Assembly (NCBI GenBank): GCA_040954595.2
Contig: CM082576.2
Coordinates: 15,981,028 to 16,045,027, forward strand
DNA length: 64,000 bases
Direction: 5' to 3'
Source: Balanoglossus misakiensis
Taxonomy: Eukaryota > Animalia > Hemichordata
Positions 12,293 through 24,075 of this stretch are shown piece by piece (position 1 is the stretch's first letter; each line of letters starts with the position of its first letter). Below the pieces are notes generated by a model, which saw only the letters and a list, made by a program, of their open reading frames with translations, had not been told where the DNA came from and did no database searches. A program made the position numbers and the translations under genes.

Positions 12293-15200
12293 TCACCCGA
12301 TAAAAAATCTATTCAGTCTGTAAAAATTATACAGGCTTTCATGGGTAAATTCATCTTTTCTAACACGACAGGTAGTATATTCACAACAGTGAACAAATGA
12401 AACTAAACTATTGACTTGATTCGAGGAAATTAAATGAGTGTTGTTTGTGAAGCGGAAAATTTCACAATTAAACTTATCATATCGTGCAGGTTGGCAGGGT
12501 GACAACCTCTGCAAAATACAGAGGTCCAGTTTCTTCTCACCACCGGTAATTCTGACACATGTGGTTAATCTTCCATAGGACTGAAACAGATAAAAAAATA
12601 TTAAGTAGGTGATCAAAATATTTGTCTTTATGGTACAAATCCTCAAAACAACACAGTGCGGATAAAACAGATGGGTAGTGTAATGTCCATATTCAAATTA
12701 CAACCAAGCTAATAAAAAGTTAATTTCTTCCAAACATGAAGAAAATGGAGAGAGAATAAGCGATATGGTCATATACAAGGTTCTGTACTTGGTTATTATG
12801 AAAATCTAGCAAAGCATGCACTCAGACACTGCTGCACATCACCCTCACTACTCTGCTGTCTTTGTGCATACTTTACTGTATTTTTGTAAGAACTAAACCT
12901 CATACAGCGTGACTAACATACGTTTGTTCCACTTGAATTTGTGAAGCTCAGGAATGAGCCACCATTGACTAAACCATTTTCAGCTTGTACTGACTTGAAT
13001 TCCACAATGTCATCTTCAGGCGTGACGGAAACATTGTGCGCAGCCAAGACTCTGAAATATGAGTGAAAATCTTTAATTTTGCTCCTGATATCAACATCAC
13101 TATCTTATTCTACTTTTCAAATCGGGTTGTAACGTACATGTATACAGTATTTACCTTGTCAACATATGCTCTATCATTGTTATTGTTGATAATTGAAATT
13201 TAGTCCAGATTAAATTTCTCCTTTTAAATGCATGGTATGAGAAAGAATATATTTTACCTTGTAATGTCCGATGTGGGGTTGTCTCCATTGGTCTTATTGC
13301 TGGTGCATTTGACCTATACAAGCAATGAAATGAAAAAAGTTATGAAAAGCTTTGTAAATCACATCCTTGGAAAAACACACACACACAGAACAAACCTCCA
13401 ACGCTCCAAGTACCTTTCGCAAACTGCCTGCCATGACCTTTTCTTTGTTCTGTTGTCCATTTAGAAATTTCTGAACCTCAGGTCTGTTGTTCATTCTCTT
13501 CACGGCATCACCACAGCATCTGTGATATAAACAATAATTTAGATGCCATTATTTTTAAAAGTCCTTAATTTACAGTATCCCACCTGAAAAGCATTAATTA
13601 AAGTCCAATGAAATTAACCGTTGGCACTATATTCCAAAAGTTACAAACTAAAACGAGTCTATACAGTTGCACTCTCACTGAAGTTTATATATACTGGGGT
13701 AAGCACACTTCATTAGATTACCTGTGTTAGTTTTAACCAGTTCAATAGTAAAGTGGTAATCCACTTAAATATGACCGCCTGGTGTGTGGTTAAAATTTAA
13801 GTGAAGTATGTTTAATTTCTTCCTGTGAAAATAACTAAATATTCATCAGTATAATAGTTTGTAATGTACCTGTAGTCCACACATGTACCTTCTTTCCAAA
13901 ACCCCCCATTCAGAATGAAGCGCATTTGCTGAAGTTTACCAAAGTTCAGTGCAAGGTCCCTCGATGGGTTGTGGTGATTGGTGAACAGGTATTGCAGTCG
14001 TACTTGACCCATTAATGACTCACATCTACATTATAGTAAAGCAGAAAGATTGAAGAGAGTGTGACTGGAAATAACATAGTGTGCAAGTAAAGTTATCCAT
14101 ATTCTTGCAGATATTTTTGGCAATACTGTAAATTTACTTTGTAAGCTATGTTTTAAATGTGTGCAAAAAGCATGAGCTATTTGTTTCTCCAAAGATTTTG
14201 GGATTGCAACATATGTTGCCTCTAGAAAAAAACTGCTATTTCTCCTTTCCTTTCACTCTTGAATCTATGGTTAGCCTAACCTTTCTGTATCAAAGCAACC
14301 ACAGGGTCCATAGTCAGCAATGTCATCTACCAAGTGGAGTAGCATGTGGATCTTTGGTTTCCGTAATGATGCAGGAAAGAGGGTCTTGATGTTGTTTATT
14401 AGTTTGTCTATCATTCCTTTCATTCGTGAGATATTTGCCTCATCCACTTGCACGTAGTCCTGGTGAACCAGTACAAAGACCTAGAAAAATATTAATATAT
14501 TATAGTGATACTGTCGTAGTGAAGACATGATCCAGAATTTTTCGCCGATGGAATATATTTTCACTCTGTGCCCCAGAACTATTTTTGAGAACGCACTAAA
14601 TCATCACTCTGCATGAACACTACGGTAGACCATTCAGTGTTATGGGGAACCAACTCAACAGAGCATCGTGAAATATAGAAACCAGATCCATTTTTGTTGG
14701 GGTATTGAAATGCTAGCCAGATTATATTTCACACAGACTCTCGGGGGTAATAAACGGCTGCTATGGCCCTCATGGCCAGGCAATAGGTGTTCAATAATGT
14801 AGGGATTGTCTTACCTCACCAATTAGATGCCATAGCTTCAAATACTGGCTGCGTATGATTCCAACCAGTATGAACATCGCCACCTGGCCCATAATTTAAA
14901 CTCTCTGCCAGCAAATGACTGATATTTACTGGCAAATGTGTGATGTAATGTCCTTTTAAATGGGGACCAGTCCCAGGCCTGGGAAGAGAAGCAGCATGAT
15001 CAATTCTCATTGATTTTAGTTCAAGCAGATATGCACAAATATAACACCACTGAAAACTATGTACCAGGTATGTCAGCCATGGATATAAATAGCTTGGTCA
15101 CCTCTAAATTGGGAAAAACAGAAATACAAAGTGTGAGAAATACATGTAATACAACCTTGAATACAAAACTTACCTTTAACTTGTGTTCAACTTGTACTTT

Positions 15201-18200
15201 GTCGTCAGGGGTCATAACATCAAAGGTTAGGTTAGTAAATATTTTTACTATGCCTAATTCGATGTTATGAAGTCTTTCATATGCAATCGATCTGAAACAT
15301 CATTGCAAGGCAAATGTAATTAAACATTTCTCTAGGCATTTCATGTCAATTCTTCTATATCAAATGATGTCAGACGCGCTCAGGCACAGTTACGTTGGCA
15401 TTCAAATTTCCAGCTGTCGAGCAAAAATGTGGTGCAGACAAAAACATAGTTATAAACCTCACTTGCCTGCCATTGTCAAAGGACTGTAACTCCATTAATG
15501 GATTCTCAGATTCCTTTACTCCATACTTAGTTCTTAGTTGTTTCTTTTCACTGTTGAAAAAATAAATAAAAATGCAAATAAAATGTTTTGATCATCGATC
15601 TTTTCTGCTGAAAGAAAAGGTCAGGTACTTTAAAATTTATTTTATTTTCTTGTCCTGTAGGCATGAATCAAAGCAACACAGTGTCACAACATACAGGTTT
15701 CACATTGTTGATACCAAATCCCAAAAGCAACATTTATATCACAAAAGAAAATTGGGAATAACAGAACAAGTTTCTCTCGGTGATTTATTCTCGCCAAATA
15801 TGCTAATATCTGCAATCAAATACCCTCGTTTCCCGTTTATAACCTCTAAATAATATGTAGATTTCAAACTCACCTCACATTACCGGCAGCTTCGATATCA
15901 TGTATGCATGCCTTTGTGTTACTTTTATTCCGTGTCATTCCTTGTATACATGGGTCATGTCTAGAAGCCTAGTTTAAAGACAAATACATAAATGTGTGTC
16001 AAATCTAACCAATGATCACGAACATACCCATTCACTGATGCAAATTAAAGCAAAAATTCCTACGAATCATATAAATTACATACAGTTTTCTGAGGTCACC
16101 CCTAAGATTATACACATCAAATTTTACAGCAATGTGACAAGCAGTTTCATAAATTTCTATCAAAAAAAGCATTAAGGCTGCATTCACAAACACCTCTGGA
16201 GGGGGGGGGGGCGGGAGAATTTCATTTTTTTTACCGTTTATTTTCACATGCCCCCCTCAACAACCCGAAATATTTTCAAATCCCCCCCTTCCGAACTGCT
16301 AAAATTTTCAAGTCCCCCCCCCCCCCCATTTTCTTTCACTCAGCAAAACACATCACCTATCTACAATGTATCTTGTAAAAAAGAAAAACAGCGCTCCCAT
16401 GAAAAGAATTTGAAACTGATGTTTCCCCTCATCAGTGGGTATTAAAACTGAACATTGTTTTTATTTTTTAAGTATCTGTATTCTGTGTTGGGAGACATTG
16501 TAAACCAAGAATTGAAGGGGGTGGGTTTGGGAGGGGGTGTCCCCCTCCCACGTAAGAAAATTTTATAAAATACAGAGCTCAAAGCTGCATTTTAATGAAC
16601 CTGGCAAAAGCAAATTAACTCAACTACCGGTATGTTGGGGAGGACAAATTTAACCGCCGCCGCTCAAAGTTATCATGGGGTGGGGGCAAGTCCCCTGGCC
16701 TGGGACACTAGATAAACCAGTCAATGATTGAAAGGTGTTGATAAATGGAGGGGGTGGGTTAGAAAATTTTGTAAAATAAAGGGCGCGAAACTGCATTTTT
16801 GTGGACTCAAAATAAATATTTAGTCGTCAAAGTTTTCAAGTCCCCCCCTTTCAGTCCCTTAATTATTTCAAATCCCCCCCCTTACATACCCTCATTTTAT
16901 TCAAATCCCCCCCCTCAATTCTCCTGCCCCCCCCCTCCAGAGGTGTTTGTGAATGCAGCCTAAAGGTAGAAAATTCCAGATATCTTCCCAACATATCCTT
17001 GCATTTTGATTTTATCAGTTTTCAATGTTACTTACTGTGCATCGCTGACAGAATTTGATAGATGATGCCCCAGTATGGTTTACAGCTTCAGATTGCCTTA
17101 CATTGTCGGCCTTTACAAGGAGTACCGGTGAAACCACTATAACTTCAGTATTTAGATGTGCATGATACATAACTACGCCTTCATTCTCTAGAACTTTCAG
17201 TTCTGTAACTATAGGCCTGGTCAATTCCATCGCATTAACTACAGTGGATCCATTGATGAATGAAATGTTGTCTAGTTTGTTATTTTCCTCCTTTGGAAGA
17301 CCGCCTAGTAACAGACACCAAACGCTAAGAGGGCTCCACTTCCTAGTACTGGTACTGCCTACATCATCAGAAAATAGAATGACTGGGACTGTCATCACCT
17401 TCTTACCAAGGTTTTCTGCTACTTTCTTCACTGGGTGACCGTCAACAACTTCTTTTGTAAACTGGAAAAAATGTGAAAAGTTTAACGATCAGTGGGGGTT
17501 TTTTTTAGTGTCAAGCGAGATCACATGCATGTTACCACAAAGGTTTAGGAGATCCTTGATTATTTCTGGATAAGGGTAAAATGCTTCAATGTGTTCTGTG
17601 GCCCATTTCATTTAACTGTTCATTGGCTCATTCTTAATGTGACTATAAAGTAACAAAATGAAGTAGATATACTAGCAATTACCCGGGAGGGTGTGTGTAC
17701 GACGAGATATTGCACAATTCACAATCCATATATGCACCCGGCTGGCTACAGCTCATGCATATATGTTGTCAATTGTGCTATATCTCATGGTATACCTACT
17801 ATTGGTGAGGGTTATTGATTAATTATAGCAAAGTCTGCATTGTACTACCTCACTGGAAAGTCGTCTCAATCCAGCATCTGTTAGCTTCCAACCTACAGTT
17901 TTATGGTCCAACCTGCCTGTGAATGGGCCTCTCAACCTGTCACTCGTTGCTGTAACTACTTTGTCCGTGTGACAAACTTTGTCACCAGAAAGTGTGCAAA
18001 CTATCAACTTGACAAGTACATCTGGTTGAGAATTACCACATTCTGTTTGTGTTCCCTAAAATAAGTAAAAAAAGCAATGTGTAAAATACTAACACCTTGT
18101 ATGTTACAGGCACAATCATTTTTGTGAAGCACTATTGTTGTTCAATACGGAACTATTTCAACAAAAAAAGAACTCACCTCTACATATATAGATGACAGAT

Positions 18201-20940
18201 AACCAAGCTGCTGGGAGTCCTCATGATCAAACCACACGAAGTCCTTAATGAAATAAACTTCACTGTTGACTTCAACCATAGGTGTGTGGAACCTTTGATT
18301 TAGCCGCCACTTTTTAGCCTCATACATTTCTCTGGAAAACAATTAATCATACAGTTATTGTCCAATCAATATTTTGTTAGGCATGGGGAACATTGGTAAT
18401 GGATTTGGGAACCTCAGTAACATTTCTGCCATCCCAGTAAAATGACCGGGGAACTTCAGTAAATTCAACGTATAGTTGGGCTCCGTCTTCACATTTGCTG
18501 ATTCTTTGCGTTTCTCTTTTCTCAGATGTCAACTTTCTGCATCTGAACCTATGCCATGTTCATAGTGGAGAGCAAGCCACATTTTGAGTATTTTACTTTA
18601 AAAAAAAACAAGATCTTCTGTTGTGTAGGTTCAGATGTAGAGCAAGGTAGAAATGATAACACAAAATGATTAAAGCAAAAGGACAGATATACTCTACATC
18701 TGATTTTAATCAGATTGATATATTGTCTATATCAACGCATTAAATGTAGAAACATGCAGTAACTATACCTTAACATGTTGCTTGTTGATTTCCTTGGATA
18801 GTGTACAAGTTTTGAAGAAATACTAGGTACAGCCAATTTTCTCTGTATAATATCAGTGACTGAGAGTGAGTAAAAGGTTTGCCCCTTCCTGTCAGTAAAC
18901 TGTAGAATTAAAATGAAATATGTTACACAACGCTTGAAATCAACTAGCATGTTGTAGTTTCAGACCATTTATAATTCACGCCTTTGTATGAATTTATTAT
19001 CCTATCAGCGATTATGTTATCACTCAAACATAGAGAAAACTATGCATAGCAAGGACTTTCTCTTGTATATACTTTTTATAAATATTCCTCGTGAGATATT
19101 TTAAATATACCTACCAAATTTGGTTCAAACTTCCCTGGGAGCCAAGAAAGATATTCTTTAACCTGATATAATGATGGTGTGGTTGGGTCTCTTTTCCTCA
19201 ATAAAAACCATATATACTTCAGATTGGTTTCTCCCTGTTGAACATCAAAATGCAAAACAAAAGCTACTGATGAGAAACAGCCATGGCTTTTTTGTCTTAT
19301 GATCAATCAACAAATATAGAGTGTATAGTGCCATTGTAACAGAGAATCTGCACAAAATTAGCTTCCTCACATAACTGAACTACAAGACTATCATCACCTA
19401 CCAGTGGCCTGGGTGCACAAAGAAGACAAGCCAACTCTGCATAGTGCTGATTTTTAAATGGATACCATTCATAATTCTCATCATTGCCCAATGCTGTGCA
19501 TGTTTCACCTTCACATAGGTCTTCAGCTGTATCCTCATAGTCTGTAAGTTATTAAAATCATTCTAAAAATATTGTATAACACTGCATACACCATCTACTT
19601 CTATCTTATACTTGCACACACACACACACACACACATGCTGATCATACAGATGCAACTGATTCCATAAGGTCCCATGGTATACATATATTAACCAAATGG
19701 GACTTAAAAAACCACTACGGATACTCACATTCGTTCCACTGGTTAATTCTGTCTAAATCTGAATCCTCTTGCAAGTCTTGATCAATATCATTTTCACTGC
19801 AATGGATCTAGAAAGCAACATCATAATGACTTACTAACGGATTTGGATCAAACCATGGAGATAAAAGAGTTAAGTATAAAATGTGACAAAAATGAAAACA
19901 AATTACATGTATAAAAGGGCACATATTTTTGGTACAATCATAACTTCCCAAATAGGATGACTATCTTATCTAGTTGCTCTGATTGCAACATACAAATTGG
20001 TAAATCTTAACTGACAATGTCAATCATGAACTACTAACATCAAAACCGGTTAAACTATATTAACTAATTTTACATATCAATGAGGAAATTGTAGTGTCAT
20101 GTGCTGAAACCAATGTTGTTGTGTTAATTGAGACAGGAGAGGCCTGTGTAACTATGGTACACGTTGTTGATGTGCAAAGCTTCTTTGAAACCTGGAGAAA
20201 AAAATATAGAATGAGATCAACAACAAAAATACGCATTAAGATATATTAATTTACAAATATCTACATCAGTTAAATAATATCCATGTCAGATATGCATCTA
20301 GATGTGAATGCCTGGCAAAAAAAAAGTCTTAAAATGTCATAAATGTAAAGACGAAACATGTGATTCTGACTCCACACTCTTTAATAAAGCCAAATAAATG
20401 TGAATGTATAAAAAGAAGTGGAAACGAAATAACATCATAAAGTCACAAGCAAGATCAAGAGAGTGGCATGCAAATTACGTTGATCATAACCTCATTTTGT
20501 GGTTGGTGGGACCTGATAACAACAACATTAATATTTTTTTTGTATTCACAACACACACAACAAAACAATAAAAATAATCTCACTAATAAACTATTAGTCT
20601 GACCTACCTACCTACCTTGAAAAACATGTTATCAAAATCGCATATGTTTTTGCTGGATCTAATCAGACTGTCATGTGGTAAGTATTAATCTATAAAATTT
20701 AAGTTAATTAACTATCCATCATGGGCGCAAACTCTATTCAAACTGACCAATTTTTTTTTAGTATCTTATTGCAAAATTACACACCTGTATCTCTGATGGT
20801 TCCTCAACACTTATGTTGTCTCGCTTCCTTGCCAACAACTGATCCTGATACTTGTGATTTTTACTTCGGACATGCTTGTTCATGTAACGGGCCGATGCAA
20901 ATACTTTGCTGCACACTCTACACTCTGGCGGCTGTGACAT
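12293..20940 (-). CDS. Multi-exon CMC/EnSpm-like DDE transposase with N-terminal C2H2 zinc finger (about 18 exons; one apparent 1-bp frameshift)
   Basis: Spliced exons in order: CRVCSKVFASARYMNKHVRSKNH (20940-20785); WYPFKNQHYAELACLL (19541-19402); EMYEAKKWRLNQRFHTPMV; VPVILFSDDVGSTSTRKW..GGLPKEENN..KADNVRQSEAVNHTGASSIKFCQRC (~17461-17036); YERLHNIELGIVK; SFAGREFKLWA; KPKIHMLLHLVDDIADYGPCGCFDTER|CES..NHHNPSRDLALNF; VSFVHCCEYTTC..YRLNRFFIG* (stop at 12293). The 5' linker exons at 20191-19727 are tentative. Confidence 0.85.
16176..16960. mobile_element. PIF/Harbinger-type MITE in a transposase intron
   Basis: TIRs GGCTGCATTCACAAACACCTCTGGAGGGGGGGG / CCCCCCCCTCCAGAGGTGTTTGTGAATGCAGCC. 3-bp TSD TAA at 16173-16175 and 16961-16963. 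Confidence 0.85.
17674..17817. repeat. Degenerate ~140-bp hairpin resembling the head of the 11054 element
   Basis: GCAATTACCC..GAGATATTGCACAATT..CATATATGCA / TGCATATATG..AATTGTGCTATATCTC..GGGTTATTG. Confidence 0.5.
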
Positions 20941-21349
20941 TGTGGACGCCTTTTTCAAGAATCTGTGACATGGAATTTAGAAATATTGTTTTAAACTTTT
21001 ATTAACGATATTAACAACGACAATCTGATTAAAATAATTTTCATCAAGAGCAGCAGAAAGATCATGTGTTCTATATGGAGCAAAAATAGGGGGGAAAACC
21101 GAGAAAGTCATCTCGTCAGGCTTGAATGCTTGCGACCTGTACTACTATACGGCACCCCCCCCCCCCCCTAAATCTGTCAGACGACCACTCGTTCGACAGG
21201 TTGAATTATTTACCATCGGTATTTACCCATCGAAGATAAATTAGTATCTTGATCTTTGGCTGTCATGCGGGTGTTTACCTACTGATAACTGTATCTGTAC
21301 AAAAAAATAATCTTACCTTATAATACGCGTTTACTAGCCGACATTCTTC

Positions 21350-21806
21350 GGGAACATACATTAATACTTACACGGAGCGCAGCGTCCGACGTTAATACTA
21401 ATGAGAAAAACTATTTCCTTAATGGGAGTCGAATATTCGCTCACACCATTGGTCCAATTCTTTAGAGCGCGCCCCTACCCACAGATTTATCCAATAGACA
21501 AGTCCGTTACTTCCATCGACGTTCAGTCTCGTGTATAAACAAAACATCAGATGCTAACGATAGTTGAAACCCACATTTTTTCCTGAATACATATTCTTTT
21601 TCAAAGGTATAAATAAATACACGAACACGAAGAATAGTTAAAACGCGAAAATAGCGACGCAAAATCAAAGCTGATGGACGTGTAATAGTCGCCAAAACAG
21701 AAAAAGCACCGAGCTTTAGCCCAGCGCGCGAGCGCGTGAGACGACCGCCCTGGAGGGATTTCTCGCTCGCGCACGTACACAACACTCCGTACTGAACCAA
21801 CTCACG
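21350..21806. promoter_or_regulatory. Putative bidirectional promoter between the transposase and accessory genes
   Basis: Locally CpG-rich interval between two divergent genes. It has ATTGG/CCAAT boxes (~21449-21495) and a minus-strand splice donor (AG|GTAAGA, ~21316) that suggests a non-coding first exon. Inferred from position. Confidence 0.4.
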
Positions 21807-22430
21807 ATGGCGAGTTCAAGTTCTTTTAGCGCCGCGTCTCCCATTTTTGGACCTTCGCCTCCACTTTTTAAAGAAAGTCAGAGAAAGCGTCAGCTCGACT
21901 TCGATACAAGTACTGGGATGTCAAAGAAAACCAAAAAAGAAGCACTACAACAAAGAACGAAAGGTAATATTTTTTAATTAATGTGCACCGCTGACAGCCG
22001 CTACTCGGTTCGCGTTAACCGTAGGCGATAAGTTTGATTTGTGTGTTAACTATGAGGTCATCCCCGCCCACTTGTATGTAAATAGGACAGTTGACACCCA
22101 TTATCTGAGGTCAAGATGATTTACGTTGTTTTGCCGAACTCCGCAAATATTATTCCGTAAATATTATTTGGTTGTATTATCAAAAAACCGTCGTGTTAAC
22201 ATATACGAAATATACGTTTAAGTTTAGTCCCAAAATTATCAGGAAAATATATCAGTAAAGCAATTATTGGGTTTCATCATTAACTTTCTAACACTTAATA
22301 ATTGAATCTCAACACAGACAATGCTGGTAGACTTAACCACCACAACAAACACCCTGACCCTACAAGTAAACCGACCAGCAGTGGTACCGTACCCACCAAC
22401 AACAACAACAGCAGCAGCAGCATCAACAAT

Positions 22431-22461
<31 letters not shown>

Positions 22462-23374
22462 CAAATAAAATGAATGAAATGCTAAAGATCATAAAGAACA
22501 TCCAATCAAAAATGGACAAAGTCATAGAGGAGCAGGAAAAAATAAAGGCGGCTGTTCACAAGCTATCAAAACAACAGAGCCAACATTTTGAAATAAGAAA
22601 GGGATCTTACGAATACGTAAGTAATTCAATGAAATAACACAGAAAAATTAACATGTTTTATAATTTTATCAACTTATTTACTCATATATGTATGTTGGTC
22701 ATTATATTTATTTATAATATTTGTGTGTTTGTTTGCTTGTATGCATATTATAAATTTATTTCAAACATTTTGTGTGTGTATTTATCAACAGAACACCCTG
22801 GTCCAACTACTTGCAGGACTCTATTTCCATAATCCGGCTAGAGAGGTTCCCAGACAAGACATTTATGTAAGTCTGTGCATAGATCTACACAAAATTCCAG
22901 TTTCACCACAACAAATAAATCAAAATAACAAAAATTTATGATACATAATCAACTTGAACTATTTATAATTTCTCAATATGCCATCAATGATCCATTCCAT
23001 TCTTTATGCAAGTTTTCCTTGTATTCATGAGATGAAATAGGTCAAAAACTGACTTTATCACATCACAAACAAATATATCATGACTATTTACAGGAAGAAA
23101 TTCAGAAGAACTTTGAAGGTTACAATGGGAATGCTGTTCAGAAAATGATGAAATTTGCAACATTAAAAATACAAGAATGGAAGCAGGAAGAAGTTAGAAA
23201 GGTACATTTGAAGTAGATGTCAAAATAAGGAAGAGATATTTTTTGTTTGTTTTAGTAAACATATGGTATCTGTATGTATGTATGTATGTATGTATGTATG
23301 TATGTATGTATGTATGTATGTCTGTATGTCTGTCAGTCTGTCTGTCTGTCTATCTGTCAGTCATTCAGTCTGTA

Positions 23375-23411
<37 letters not shown>

Positions 23412-24075
23412 ATGTATGTATGTATGTATGTATGTATGTATGTATGTATGTATGTATGTATGTATGTATGTATGTATGTATGTATGTATGTATGTATGTA
23501 TGTATGTATGTATGCATCTCTGATTATTTTATTTCTACACATGTTAGATCATGGCCATTGAAGAAGATAGGCGCCATTACCAAAATATGGACACCCTGAC
23601 TTTGGCGGAATCAATATGCCATAGAAAATTGACCAATGTCACGCCACGGATCACTTTCTGTTTGGCACTGATTGTAAGTGTGTTATAATTATCGATTATT
23701 TTTTAATGTGAGACACACGTAAAAAGAAAAATCACCAAGTATACATTGCTGATGGTGAAGTTTCATTATCTCTTCACTATTTTAGTTCAATATAGATGTA
23801 CATGTATGCGATTTTTTTTTTCTACTCAATATTCCAAGGTTTATGGCATTCATGTGTTTCAGTTGCATGGAGTAGAACAAGATTTTTACTTTACAACTAC
23901 AAACAACAATGTAATTCTTTTCAATTTTCAGCGCAAGTTCAACAGGGACAGAAACCCTGGCAGAAGGGGGTTTTGGTCGGCGTACCAAGATTGGTACATT
24001 GCCTGTGGCGAGAAGCTAAAACACGACAGTGTGTGTCGCGAAGACGAGGAGATATATGCAGTAGACAGTGACTAA
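21807..24075 (+). CDS. Transposon accessory protein of unknown function, 302 aa, 6 exons
   Basis: Exons 21807-21963, 22318-22616, 22792-22866, 23094-23201, 23548-23673 and 23932-24075. All introns are GT-AG and phase-compatible, giving 909 nt with no internal stop. Protein: basic NLS-like RKRQ..KKTKK, poly-Asn, coiled coil (MLKIIKNIQSKMDKVIEEQEKIKAAV) and a predicted helical C-terminus (..LALIRKFNR..RGFWSAYQDWY..). Confidence 0.8.
22396..22460 (+). repeat. (AAC)n/(AGC)n coding microsatellite, poly-Asn/Ser
   Basis: Read directly. Lies in exon 2 of the accessory gene. Confidence 0.9.
23270..23515 (+). repeat. Compound (TATG)n/(TCTG)n/(TG)n microsatellite, intronic
   Basis: Read directly. It explains the spurious MYVC-repeat ORFs. 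Confidence 0.97.

Noticed and set aside
22295-22525. Poly-Leu membrane-protein-like ORF on the minus strand
   Set aside because: It is the antisense of the (AAC)n poly-Asn exon.
23243-23599. MYVC/HTYI-repeat ORFs (also 52948-53362)
   Set aside because: These are translations of (TATG)n/(CATA)n microsatellites.
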